Source: Octopus vulgaris (Eukaryota). From it: a stretch of 64,000 bases of DNA. The position numbers and the translations under genes are program-made. Each line of letters begins with the position of its first letter. The first letter of the stretch is position 1. The notes under the pieces are model-generated. The model did not search any database. It was not told the origin of the DNA and saw only the letters and a program-made list of their open reading frames with translations. This document shows, one piece after another, positions 14,117 to 28,190 of the stretch. The DNA lies in NCBI GenBank assembly GCA_951406725.2, contig OX597825.1, positions 36,518,001 to 36,582,000 on the forward strand. The letters are read 5' to 3'.

Positions 14117-15460
14117 AACCCACCACAACACAACCACCACAACCGCCATCACCACCACCACCGCCACAACCACCATCAACACTTATACTACCACCACAAC
14201 CACCATCAACACTTACACTACCACCACAACCACCATCAACACTTACACTACCACCACAACCACCATCAACAATTACACTACCACCACAATCACCATCAAC
14301 ACTTACACTACCACCACAACCACCATCAACACTTACACTACCACCACAACCACCATCAACACTTACACTACCGCCACAATCACCATCAACACTTACACTA
14401 CCACCAATCACCATCAACACTTAAACTACCACCACAACCACCATCAACACTTACACAACCACCATCAACATCAACACTTACACTACCACCACAATCGCCA
14501 TCAACACTTATACTACCACCACCACCACCACCATCAACACTTACACTACCACCACAACCACCATCAACACTTACACTACCACCACAACCACCATCAACAC
14601 TTACACTACCACCACAACCACCATCAACACTTACACTACCACCGCAACCACCATCAACACTTACACTACCACCACAATCACCATCAACACTTACACTACC
14701 ACTACCACCACCATCAACACTTACACTACCACCACAACCACCATCAACACTTACACTACCACCACAACCACCATCAACACTTTCACTACCGCCACAATCA
14801 CCATCAACACTTACACTACCACCAATCACCATCAACACTTAAACTACCACCACAACCACCATCAACACTTACACTACCACCACAACCACCATCAACACTT
14901 ACACTACCACCACAATCGCCATCAACACTTATACTACCACCACCACCACCACCATCAACACTTACACTACCACCACAACCACCATCAACACTTACACTAC
15001 TACCACAACCACCATCAACACTTACACTACCACCACAACCACCATCAACACTTACACTACCACCACAACCACCATCAACACTTACACTACCACCACAATC
15101 ACCATCAACACTTACACTACCACTACCACCACCATCAACACTTACACTACCACCACAACCACCATCAACACTTACACTACCACCACAATCACCATCAACA
15201 CTTACACTACCACCACAGCCACCATAAACACTTACACTACCACCACAACCACCATCAACACTTACACTACTGCCACAACCACCATCAACACTTACACTGC
15301 CGCCACAATCACCATCAACACTTACACTACCACCACAACCACCATCAACACTTACACTACTGCCACAACCGCCATCAACACTTACACTACCGCTACAATC
15401 ACCATCAACACTTACACTACCACCACAACCACCATCAACACTTACACTAACACCACAACC
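14117..15460. repeat. 30-bp minisatellite (CCACCACAACCACCATCAACACTTACACTA)n with a ~420-bp higher-order repeat; decays into CCA-rich sequence to ~15980
   Basis: About 43 units; variant units CCACCAATCACC...ACTTAAACTA recur at ~14401 and ~14819; related fragment at 16405-16530. Confidence 0.95.
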
Positions 15461-16197
15461 TCCGTCACCATCACCATCATCAAAACCACCAGCATCACCA
15501 ACACCACCAACAACACTACCACCACCACATCTACCACCAATCACCACCGCAACCGCCACCACAAGCACCACCACCAACACCATCACAACCACCGCCACCA
15601 CCACTATCGTCACCACTAATACCCCCAACACCACTAATACCACCACCATCACAAGCACCACCACCAACACCATCACAACCACCACTACCATCAGTACGAA
15701 CATCACCAAGACCACCACCATCACAGGTCCCACCGCCACCACCACAACCGACACCATCATCAACTCTGACATTGCCACCAAACGATACATCAAATCGTAA
15801 CCAACACCTCATCACATTGCACAACGCAGCAGCCACCCCACATCATACTTTATACGACCACAGAGAGTGGCCCCATCAATCATTACAACACTGCACCCGT
15901 CTGCAGCATCACCACTACCACAATAACTACCACTATCATCTCCCATCCACCACTACCACCATCACCACTAACAGCACTAATTATCACTTTATAAAAGACC
16001 CGCAAAGGTTACCCATCAATTCCATTCCTCGAGGGACCTCTGTAACATAACACTGCAACTTTCAAATGTTAAAAATCCTTACTAATACACTCATAGAAAA
16101 ACAAAGGCGCGTGCGCACACACACATACACACATGGGTGCGCACACACAGACATACACACGTTTGGTTTTTATAAAACTGACGAATAGAACTCAGTA

Positions 16198-16249
<52 letters not shown>

Positions 16250-16536
16250 CATGCATACATACACACACACACACATAATGTGTATGTATGCATGCATACA
16301 CATACATTATGTGTTTGTAGAGATACATATATACACATACATACGTACACAAACACACACACATATAGATGTCTGTAATTATGTGTGTGTGTGTATTAAT
16401 ATAACACCACCACAACACAACCACCGACCACCACCACCACCATCAACACTAACACTACCACCACAACCACCACCAACACCACAACATCCGTCACCATCAC
16501 CACCATCAAAACCACCAACATCACCAACACCACACA

Positions 16537-16588
<52 letters not shown>

Positions 16589-16996
16589 TATGCACACCTA
16601 AACATACAGTTTCATGCTTGTATTTATATGTATGTACACACACACACACATATACTTCATCATAGATACGGCAGACTTACAAGAGGGAGCAAAGATAAAC
16701 TCTCGGTGGGCGCTAAAACAAAATAGTCGCCACATGACTAGAGCGATGAAAGTCAAGCGATCTACAATACAGACCAAAATACTCCACGCATTCTCTGATA
16801 GCATCAATGTTACTTGGCACCGCTGGCTGGAAATTTTTTACGAAGGTTTCTATGATAAATAAACGAAGAAGCTGTACAATACAACTATTTTGTTTCATAT
16901 AAAATAACAGACAATCATATTGTTATACTTGGGGATGGTCATACGTAGCCAATTAAACACACGCACTATATATTCGGTCTTCTTTTTAGCTTTTTT

Positions 16997-17250
16997 GTTG
17001 TTATTTTAGTTTCTTTGTTAAAGTTCTTTCGCCATACACCCTGTGACCTCTTCAGCAATTCTTTATCTCATGTTTCTCCTCTTGTTCTGCTTATTCCATT
17101 TTTATCCAAAAGTGGTTTCTTGGTGGTGATAGTGGTAATTTTAGACTAAATGGAATAAGCAGCATAAGAGTAGTCACGTGGGATAGTCATTGAAGAGGTT
17201 ACAGGATGCGTGACGAAAGAACTTTAACAAAGAAACTAAGATAATAACAG
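16997..17250. repeat. Older, diverged inverted repeat with HHR-like cores in both arms
   Basis: Minus strand CTGAAGAGGTCAC...GGCGAAAGAACTT at 17015-17058; plus strand TTGAAGAGGTTAC...GACGAAAGAACTT at 17190-17225. Confidence 0.7.
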
Positions 17251-17989
17251 GATTCCACACTGTTTCCGTCAACAAATTCAAAATTCCTTCACAAGGCATT
17301 GCTGGGCCCTAGTCTATAGCAGGAGGCACTTTTTCAAAGTACCACGCAGTGAGACTGAAGTAGAGACCCTGTTGCTGCGATGCAAGCTTCTTAACTACCA
17401 CAGCTATTTCGAGTGAAAAATTCTTTATCAAATAGAAATGAGCACATTTAACAGATATGAAAGTATCCAGAAAAACACTGATGAAAGTCCGCCACCTGTA
17501 GCCCCCAAAGCTCAAATGGTGGGCTGTTTACTGGAGGACACTGGTAAAGCAAGGATCGGTTGAAGAATAACAGTCCATTTGTGAAGTTGGTGCTACAGAA
17601 GTGAAATTCGCCTGGAGTAATTCTGAACAATTTCAACATCTACCATAGATACCCATTCCTGTTTATCAAGGGGAGTTTTAATTCTAAACAACACTTCATA
17701 AATGTTTACAATTTACTGTATGAATTTGACCCTTCATATTTTCATGTATAAACACATTGAAGACATACGTTAGACAAGAGAGACCAGGGATTTGCGCCTG
17801 GAAAGCTTTGCTTCGTTCTCGTTAGCATTACAGCTTCTGTTAAGACTGTAGAGAACCACATTATAGTGACAGTCCCAGTTACAGTGAACACTTTTGAAGG
17901 CACATATTATAGTACATGTTATCAAGGTTATTTTATTGGATAATTTCTGTATTCATTGTGGATTGGGTTGTGCTATTGAATTTAAAGGA

Positions 17990-18365
17990 TCATGTGTAGA
18001 ATGTAAGCTGTTCCTAGTAGGGCAATTTTTTTGATAATGTGTAGTTTTCTGAGTCCAGATACGGCTTTAGCGTTTTTGTTCATACCTTTTTCTTTACCAT
18101 ACTCAATGCTCTGACCATTTTACTGGTATTGTTTTTACCTTCATATCCCACATCTTGAATGCTTCAATTTCGAGATCTTTGTACCTTGACAATTTCTCCT
18201 ATCAATGTGCTTTCGTTTTTCTTCCAGGCCTGGATTATTATGTCTGCGTGATTAACTCTGATTACTTAGTCACTTTGAACGGGTATATCCCAGCTGATTG
18301 TGGCCTGGTCTTGTCATGTACCTTGTGTGGTACATGTTTATACCATTTCTTGTCAGCATCATTAT
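17990..18365 (-). mobile_element. R4/Dong-type (restriction-like endonuclease) LINE 3' fragment
   Basis: Reverse strand: KKWYKHVPHKV ... DIII ... EKLSRYKDLEIEAFKMWDMKVKTIPV. Confidence 0.75.
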
Positions 18366-18439
18366 CACCATCATCGTCGTCGTCGTCATCGTTGTCGTCG
18401 TCGTCGTCGTTATCATCATCATCAACATTATCAGCCTTG

Positions 18440-18790
18440 TGTTTTTTGCCGGATTATACCTTTCTATATAGCAGCAGATATTTTGGAATCTTCCCAACTG
18501 ATTCGCAATGTACGTGGCCCAACCAATGGAGATGTTGTTTTTGAAGTAGGATGAAGGGGACAGATATCCTCGTACTAATCAAGAACTCATTGCAAGTGAC
18601 TTTTTCGATCCATGTAATGTCCAAGGATTGTCACAGACGGTGTAGTTTGAAGGGTTTAAGATGCCGCTCTTGTCTAGAGATGATATTCCACGTCTCACTG
18701 CCATCAAGTAGTGTTTTGAGAGCGCAAGCCCTGTAAACAGTAACTCAGATTTGTGGTTTTGTACCTTCATTAGAAATAATGCTCCCCACC
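18440..18790 (-). mobile_element. RTE (BovB-like) LINE 3' fragment
   Basis: Reverse strand: GSETWNIISRQERHLKPFKLHRL*QSLDITWIEKVT, then LHWLGHVH. Confidence 0.75.
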
Positions 18791-19334
18791 CGCCCAGATA
18801 TTACTGTTATAAACTTTCAGGTTCTGTGTGAGTGTATACTAGCTAATCAGGCGGAAATAATTTAGTAAACTGGAAAATGTATTTTGTTTAATCAGAAGAC
18901 GTCATTAACGCATAAGCCTTTTACAGAAGTTGGATCACAAAATTTATGAGAAAAACTTTATGAACCACCAAATATAAATTTTCTCTTAATTGTATGATGC
19001 AACGCAGCAGGATATTGTGATTCAGGAAACTAATCATGAATTACATAAACTATTTTCTATCTTTTATCTTGTATTTGTTACAGTATGACTGGTGTCATAT
19101 TGGAGCACCGTCTTAAAGAGTTAAGTTGAAAAAACCCAAATACTTATTTATTTCAATCTGATACTTATTCCATTGGCTTCTTTGAGCGAATTGCTAAGTT
19201 AAGAGACCATAATGAAACCAACAAACCAAAAATGTCTGTCAAACAGTAGGGTGGATACGCAAAAAGACATTCTTTTATGTTTTCAGCCTTGAGGCTGCGG
19301 CCATGCTGGGTCACCAACTATATTATAATATATC

Positions 19335-19455
<121 letters not shown>

Positions 19456-19595
19456 TATAATATAATATCATATATATACTCCGATTTAAAGCGACATTTA
19501 TCTAAACTATTGATTGGAAAATGATGATATGGAGAAAGAGTGACTATGAAGATCTTTTATACAATCATAGCTATATTTTATCATAATAATAATAT

Positions 19596-19948
19596 ATATA
19601 CTCCTATTTAAAGCGACATTTATCTAAACTATTGACTGAAAAATGATAAAGCTAATCCACGCCAGAATTGAACCCACAAATCAACGCTTACATGGATCCT
19701 TGCACATTCGATTGGGCCAACACGCTCACCCATCAAATTCGGCCAAATTATATGTATAGATACATAGGTCTCTAATATTACATATAATATTTGTGAACAA
19801 ACCCGAATTTGATGGGTAAGCATGTTGGCCCAATCGGATGCGCGAGAAGCCGTATAAGCGTTGATTTGTGGCTTCGATTCTGGCTTGGGTTAGCTCATCA
19901 TTTTTCAGTCAATAGTTTAGATAAATGTCACTTTAAATCGGAGTATAT
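19596..19948. mobile_element. Fold-back MITE with ~145-bp imperfect TIRs; extra partial TIR at ~19475-19527
   Basis: TACTCC(T/G)ATTTAAAGCGACATTTATCTAAACTATTGA... is mirrored at 19803-19948; TA flanks. Confidence 0.75.
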
Positions 19949-20920
19949 ACATTATTATAATTATATAGCTTTCATTGTAAAAAGATTTTCGTAGTCGCTC
20001 TTTCTCCGTAACTTACAAAGCCTTCGGGTTTGTTTACAAATATTATGTATGTATGTATGTATGTATGTATGTATGTATGTATGTATGTATGTATGTATGT
20101 ATGTATGTATGTATGTATGTATGTATGTATGTATGTATGTGTATATATTGCTCAAAGAAATTCCAACCTTGTCTGATTTTTACGTTTTATTTATTTATAA
20201 TAATATAAGATAATATAATTTAATGAAATGGTAGACATTAAATGTCCATTCTGACTGATGCATTAAACTATGTAATCTTCAGGTTCATGTAGTAGTAATG
20301 ACAGTTATGTTTTACAATTTACAACTAACTCATATATGGATGTGAGTAGTATAAGGTATGGATTCAGAAAATCGTACAGTTATCATAGTAAGCTCCTCTT
20401 ACATGGTTCCGAGTTCAGTCCCACTGTGTGACACCTTGGGAAAATGTCTTCTACTATAGCGTCGGATCGACCAAAGCCGGAAACTGAAAGAAGCCCATCA
20501 CACACACACACACACACACACATATACATTGTGTGTGTGTGTGTGTCTGTATTTCTCCCCATCACCGCTTCACGACCAGTGTTGGTTTGCTGACGTGCCC
20601 GTAACTTCGCTGTTCTGCAAAAAGAGTCCGATAGACTAAGTACCTGGCTTAAAGAAATAAATACTGGGGTCGATTCATTCGACCAAAAGTTCTTCAAGTC
20701 TAATGAATGAAACATTAAAAAAAAAAGAAAAGAAAAAGAAATAAACGACATAACAGGCTTTGATAATGGAATCGGCTCAAGAAAGCTCAAACCTCATCTT
20801 CCCGATTCCGACATGGACACAGTATTACTTGTACAAGATAGAAAATATTCCATCAATATTGCAAACGATGCTGGTATCAAGTTCACAACGTTTGTTTTAA
20901 CTCGTATCCATGCCTGCACC

Positions 20921-21035
<115 letters not shown>

Positions 21036-21244
21036 AGGATAAACCACCTAAAAGCTGACAAAAATCTAAAGGAAATCTGAACTATGCATAATAATAATGT
21101 CAGGCGTTGCAAATTGTCATACTTCACGTCAGACGACAGTTAGTGAAACTGAGGCGAAGTGATGTGACCATTGTGAATGCCATCTTTCCTTTCCTTCAAT
21201 TATTTGTAATTACCAACCGTTCTTATTTGCCTGCAATTGTCGTT

Positions 21245-21281
<37 letters not shown>

Positions 21282-21472
21282 CAGTTCTTAGCGTTGTTGT
21301 TTTCTACTCCTGTGTCAGGAGTACAAAAGGGTAAAAAAATAATAACTGAACGATGATAAAGAAGTAGAACAAATTTAAATGTTGGGTGGCAATTTGGCAC
21401 CATTTGACTCACAGTAAATGCTTGGCGCTGTCGTTTCAAGCTGCTGGCACAGACATTGAGACACAGATATAT

Positions 21473-21524
<52 letters not shown>

Positions 21525-21528
21525 GCAC

Positions 21529-21581
<53 letters not shown>

Positions 21582-21889
21582 CTAGCTGTAGGAGTTAGGA
21601 GAGTATCTTGTGACGATATGTAGGTATGGTAAGGTCAATCTCTGAAGTCAGCTTATGTTATTTTTTGCGCAATAACTTGTTTTTCTTTTGGAATTTTCGT
21701 TGATGGTTTTTAGTATCTTACATGTTTGTTTGTTTTAGTTGTTGCGGCTTATGTTGTTGTTGTTTTTATTGTAATCACACTTAAATTGTCCTTTTTTTCC
21801 TCTTTCAAGTATGAATATTTGGCAGCAGCGAGTAAATCTCTAACTACCTTTTGATAGAATTTAATTTATATGTACACACACACACATAC

Positions 21890-21960
<71 letters not shown>

Positions 21961-22454
21961 TATGTCTGTATTTAGTTGACCTTTGACATCAACATCATCT
22001 GATGTCTGCATAGGCTGTGCACGTGCTACGAATTATTTAGACATTTAATGACACCAGGATCGTGGCATCGAATACGCGCGCATCAGACACACACGCATAC
22101 ACACTCATACATACTTTCATAAACATACATCTATCCATCCAAATATCCATCCAAATATACATACATACATACATACATACATACATACATACATACATAC
22201 ATACATACATACATACATACATACGAACATACATAAATACATACATACACAATGTACATATACAACCATACAAACACCCACATTCAGACAAGTGCGCAGG
22301 CGCTACTATGTGGTAAAAAGTTTGCGTCCCAGTCAAGAGGCTCTAGGTTCAGTCCCACTGCGTGGCACCTTAAGTAAGTGCCTTCTACTATAGCCTCGGG
22401 TTGATCAAAGCTTTGTGAGTGGATTTGGTCGACAGAAACAGAAGGAAGCTCGTC

Positions 22455-22489
<35 letters not shown>

Positions 22490-22492
<3 letters not shown>

Positions 22493-23820
22493 CTGTACTG
22501 GGAGAAGAAGAAGAAACGAAACGAAACGGAACGAATCGAATCGAATCGACGCGAAGGCGCTCAGTCATACAATAGTGTAATAAATAAAATATATGCATAC
22601 ATACATATATGTACGTACCTACATCTACATGTATATATACATGCATATATAAATATATATACGTGAGTACAGGACACCACAAATAGACGCAGAACTCAAC
22701 GAGAACGAAAACGTAAAAACAAGCATGGAACGAACCTTTTAAACACGCTGGAGTTGAACTAGGGACAGCTGATGAAGGGGATTTTTCCTTGTGTAGTTTG
22801 TCTAGTACTCTGTTTTTCTTTGTAAAAAAAAGGTTCGTTCCATGCTTGTTTTTACGTTTTCGTTCTCGTTGAGTTCTGCGTCTATTTGTGGTGTCCTGTA
22901 CTCACGTATATATATTTATATATGCATGTATATACATGTAGATGTAGGTACGTACATATATGTATGTATGTATGCATATATTTTATTTATTACACTATTG
23001 TATGACTGAGCGCCTTCGCGTCGATTCGATTCGATTCAGTCCGTTTCGTTTCGTTTCTTCTTCTCCCAGTACAGTTTTATATATAATTATGACGCGAAAC
23101 CCTATACCTCTTTGCTTAACCTTCCCTTCTCTCCCTTTCTCTCTCTCTCTCACTCCTCCTTATCTCTCTCACAGCCGTTTGTCTTCCTCTATCTCTCTCT
23201 CTCTCACTCCTCCTCATCTCTCTCACAGCCGGCCAAATATTTCCTTTTGCATGCGGCCTTCTAACTGTAAACACACGGTTTTCTTGCGCTCCTTGAATCT
23301 CTCCTCGTCTAGGCAAAAAAGGTCCTCTTTTGTTGTTTTCTTGTGTGTTTTTATTTCTTGTATTGTATTTTTTTGTAATTGTATTTTTATTTTGTATTTT
23401 ATTTTGTATTTTATTTTGTAATTTTATTTGTATCGTTTTTACGTCCTGTTTGTGTCACATTTTGTTCTTTCCTTGTTTTTACCCCTCTGCGAGGTAATCT
23501 CCTTTAATTTCTTCGTAGGAAGGGCTAGTTCGACGAGTCGTGTTCTGTCCTCACCTTCGAAACACGCTGGAGTTGAACTAGGGACAGCTGATGAAGGGGA
23601 TTTTTCCTTGTGTAGTTTGTCTAGTACTCTGTTTTTTCTTTGTAAAAAAAAGGGTTCGTTCCATGCTTGTTTTTACGTTTTCGTTCTCGTTGAGTTCTGC
23701 GTCTATTTGTGGTGTCCTGTACTCACGTATATATATTTATATATGCATGTATATATACATGTAGATGTAGGTACGTACATATATGTATGTATGTATGCAT
23801 ATATTTTATTTATTACACTA
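22490..23820 (+). mobile_element. Non-coding Penelope-like element: inverted segment plus tandem pseudo-LTRs (period ~819 bp)
   Basis: 22490-22740 is mirrored at ~22828-23078; 22741-22996 is repeated at 23560-23820. Confidence 0.8.
23525..23600 (+). ncRNA. Non-circularly permuted hammerhead ribozyme, family P1 (5'-truncated copy at 22741)
   Basis: cgtgU-U-ctgtcc-tca-ccttc-GAAA-cacg...ggacag-CTGATGA-a-gggg; outer helix ctagttcgac/gttgaactag. Confidence 0.75.
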
Positions 23821-23826
23821 TATATA

Positions 23827-23880
<54 letters not shown>

Positions 23881-23926
23881 GTTTATATATATATATATAT
23901 ACGTTTATATATATATATATATATAC

Positions 23927-23978
<52 letters not shown>

Positions 23979-24026
23979 GTTTATATATTTATTGGCTAAA
24001 CTAGCAAAATGACCTTTCCAAAATAT

Positions 24027-24113
<87 letters not shown>

Positions 24114-24173
24114 TACATACATACACACATACATACATACATACATACATACATACATACATACATACATACA

Positions 24174-24229
<56 letters not shown>

Positions 24230-24889
24230 TCAGCCAAATCTCTTAAATCACATCCATCATTGACGAGATCAAGGAAAGTCGAAATCATTCGAGCTGTTGG
24301 CCTCGGCGTTGGAGTTGATAGGGGTTTATCTCCTCGCTAACAGTATAGACAAGAGTTTCTCTCGTGGTACCTATCGCTGTATAGTTTGTTCTAACTGAAC
24401 GTCCACGTTTAAGTGAAAATAAATATTACCTCTCGGTACTAATACTACCTTTGTCGCTGATATATATTTTTCAAATAAAGATGTGGTAGTTGTTTCTAAT
24501 CGTGGATAAGAAGATAAACATAGCAGTAAAGGAACAGAGCAAATTTATATATTGGGCGGTAATATGTCACCATTTGATTCATTATAAATATTCAGAGTTG
24601 TCGTTTGACTCCTTTGACACATGTACTCAGGAATAAATGTCTTTGAGCATTAAGAGCATTCAACATTGGCTGGCATTTTTTAGGCTCAATCAGAGGAGGA
24701 AAAGCGATGCTCTTAATCTTTTTTTTTCTTTTTTTGTAACGCTTCCAAAACCAATCAGAGAAAAAATACCGAGCTCATAGTTTACCTGCTAGTCATGATG
24801 TAGAGTAGCTAGAAATGAGAGATGGCTGAGATGAGGAGATCTGCCTCTGGCGACGCTTTTAAGTTGTGGGGGAAGGCTTTATGCCTTTT

Positions 24890-25325
24890 CTTTACTTTTT
24901 CTTTTAATTGTGTTCGTCATTTGACTGCGGCCAAGCTGGGATACTGCTTTGAAGAACTTTTAGTCGAATGAACAAATCGACCTCAGTACTTGTCTTTTTT
25001 TAAAGTCTGCTACTTATTGTATCGGTCACTTTTGCTGAATCGCTAAGTTACAAACATAAATACAGCAACAACGGTTGCAAGCGGTGGTGGGAGACAAATA
25101 TAGACACACAGACACACACATACACAGACACACATACAGACACACACACATATACACGATGGGCTTCTTTCAGTTTCCCTTTACCAAATCCACTCACAAA
25201 GCTTTGGTCGGCCCGAGACTATAGTTGAAGACACTTGCCCAAGGTACCACGCAGTAGAACCGAACTGAATCCAGAACCATGTGGTTGAGAAGCAAGCTTC
25301 TTACCACACAGCCACGCCTGCGCCT
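24890..25325 (-). mobile_element. SINE family A, full-length
   Basis: Reverse-strand match over head, body and tail. Confidence 0.85.
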
Positions 25326-26072
25326 ATAAGTTTATATAGGAATGGTGGGGAGTGGGAGGAAGGAAAAGGCTGCTTCCAGTGGCACACACTTTAGTTACGT
25401 CACTAATATCATGTTTGGAATTTTGCATCAGAATGAACTCCTATAAAGACACCCAACCCCAGATGAAGTGTTAAGCTAGGGAAACAAAGGGTTACTCATA
25501 TAGGGCTAAATAATTACATTCTCAATAATGACTGCTACAACAGCAACGGCAGCAGTAGCGGCCACAATAGCAGAAGTGTGTTCCCTTCAAAGTACCAAAT
25601 GCTGAGCTTCAATCGAACGACCATATGTGCGTTGTTCCTTTCAACACCACATGGTTCTTAAGCTCCTATCCTTTTGATACCAACCCGCCTGTGGCTGCCC
25701 TTGGGTTTATGATATAAACTTTATGCTTTAAAGTGATCATAGTAAAACCTTTCCCTCAAAATTCAATGTTAATTTATGTATACTAAACACCAGCTTAATA
25801 ATCCTTTCCACTTTCGGTATAAGGCCTGAAATTTTGGGGGAGGGAGCAAATCGATTACATTGACCCCAGTGCTTGACTGGTACTTATTTTATCGACCCTG
25901 AAAAGAGGAAAAGCAAATTCGACCCCCCACGGAATTTAAACTCAGAGCGTAAAGACGGATGAAATACAGCTAAGAATCTTGTCCGGCGTGCTAACCATTC
26001 TGCCAGCTCGCTGCCTTACACCAGCTTAATAATGACATCACTTTAAATAAATTTCTTCATTTGTACTTCTTA

Positions 26073-26246
<174 letters not shown>

Positions 26247-26691
26247 AACTTACTTAGAAAAGGATGCGTGGCGTTCGATCATATAATAATATAAAAAATA
26301 TATAAATATATGCATATATATACATACATACATATATGTACATATATATGTATATATACATGCATATATGGGTGCAGGACATCAAAGAAACGTTGAACAC
26401 AATGAGAAATGAAAACATAAAAACAAAAACATAAAAACGAACTTTTTTCAAACAACGAAAAAAAAACCCCAGAGAAACAAGACATACAACACAAGGAATT
26501 GTGTTTCTATATTGAATCAATTTCAGGATTAATCCTATGAATTTTTCCCTCTTCAGTAGAAAATACGATAAGAAATAAATGAAATACTTACATGCACCCA
26601 TGGAAAAAAACCAAAAGCAAAAGCAAGATTTAAAGTCTGTTCTCAGCATATTGGCATTGAAATAATTTTTCTCTTGCCCTTGTTTATAAGT

Positions 26692-26733
<42 letters not shown>

Positions 26734-26863
26734 GTAGTTTTTATGAAGTATTGTGAAGTGTAACTTAACGAATGTAGTTGCGTAAAACCGGAACAATGCA
26801 AAACGGTTCAAAGTAGACTACCGAATGAAAAGAAAACAGAACGAAGTTGCAGTTTTACTTTGT

Positions 26864-26903
26864 ATTTCAATATTTCGGGATGAAGACCCCTTCTTCAGGA
26901 CAT
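26864..26903 (-). ncRNA. Minimal hammerhead-like motif
   Basis: atgtc-CTGAAGA-a-gggg-tcttca-tccc-GAAA-ta-TT-gaaat; stem I has one mismatch. Confidence 0.6.
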
Positions 26904-26955
26904 TCGGAAAAGCGTTGGTTGAAAAATTGTGTAGCTCAGATGTGTGTGTGTGTGT

Positions 26956-26989
<34 letters not shown>

Positions 26990-27183
26990 TGTGTTTGCGC
27001 GCGCGCTTGTGTATTGGGAGCAGGGGAACTTGTTTTCATTTTGTAGCTTGTATTGTACCTTTTCACATTGTTCTGGCTTTACGCAACTACATTCTTGAAA
27101 ATATACATACATACATGTATGTGTGTGTGTGTTGATATATATTGATATATACAAGAGTTAAGGAATGGCGTAGATAATATCCG

Positions 27184-27267
27184 GGCTACATATGTTTCAT
27201 AGCGAGCGGAACCTCGAAAGTGGTAAATATCCTAGCGACGTATGCACAACAGCCTACTCTTCAGGCC
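27184..27267 (-). ncRNA. Type I hammerhead ribozyme, canonical core, long loop II
   Basis: ggc-CTGAAGA-gtag...ctat-GAAA-catatg-TA-gcc. Confidence 0.75.
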
Positions 27268-27612
27268 AAGGGTAGTTTGATTAAATGAAGTTTACATTGT
27301 TGTAAGGAGGTACATGTCAACACAAAGGCAATTCGAGGAGAACGTGTAGAGAGCACGCTTAAAGCGGAGAAACATTCCATTCCTTAATTCTTGTATTTTA
27401 TTTGCATACTCGGCAACCCTAGAGTCCTTCTGTGAAATAGAAAACATTAGGAAAACATCCACAACTTTCCACCTCAATAGTGGCACTATTGTTCCTGAAA
27501 GTTGTTTTTTATATTTTCTACGGTTTGCTTCAAGCTAACCTTTCTCCTACACCTCGAACCTTGGATCTTTCAATAATACACACACACACACACACACACA
27601 CACGCGCGCAGA

Positions 27613-27902
27613 GTGGAGACACATAGCCTAGTGGTTAGAGCAGCGGACTCGCGGTCGAGGGATCGCGGGTTCGAATCTGAGACCGGGCGATGTGTATGTT
27701 TATGAGCAAGACATCTGAGCTCCACGCGGCTCCGGCAGAAGGTAATGGCGAACTTCTGCTGACTCTTTCGCCACAACTTTCTCTCACTCTTTCCTCCTGT
27801 ATCTTGCAGCTCACCAGCGACCTGTCCAGGTGGGGAACCTACATGCCAAGAAAACCGGGAAACCGGCCCTTATGAGCCAGGCATGGCTCGAGAAGGAACA
27901 AC
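27613..27902 (+). mobile_element. SINE family C (tRNA-Arg(TCG)-like head), tail type 1
   Basis: TAGCCTAGTGGTTAGAGCAGCGGACTCGCGGTCGAGGGATCGCGGGTTCGAATC; tail GGCATGGCTCGAGAAGGAACAAC. Confidence 0.85.
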
Positions 27903-28014
27903 ACATACGCACACACACACACACACGCACACACATATAAGTATGTGACCTCGTGAAGACCACTTGCATTTTTTTCCCTCTGTCCTCCCACCTCGGGATC
28001 TTTCTTTCTCCTAT

Positions 28015-28049
28015 GTTTCCGACGAAGAGCTCCGCTCGAAACGTCATAC
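28015..28049 (+). ncRNA. Minimal hammerhead-like motif (U4C core) in Penelope-like repeat ~27940-28145; degenerate copy ~34310-34345 (-)
   Basis: gttt-CCGACGA-a-gagc-tcc-gctc-GAAA-cg-TC-atac. Confidence 0.62.
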
Positions 28050-28141
28050 CCTCCTTCTTCCCTTCTTTCCTGAGCGTCCAATAATACTTTATTTGTTCCA
28101 CATCCTCGCGTTGTTGTCTTTTTGTTTTCTTGTTTGGATTA

Positions 28142-28190
<49 letters not shown>

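Noticed and set aside
27613-27690. tRNA-Arg-like sequence (also at 51201, ~52960, ~35525)
   Set aside because: No proper acceptor stem and it continues into a SINE body; these are SINE heads, not tRNA genes.
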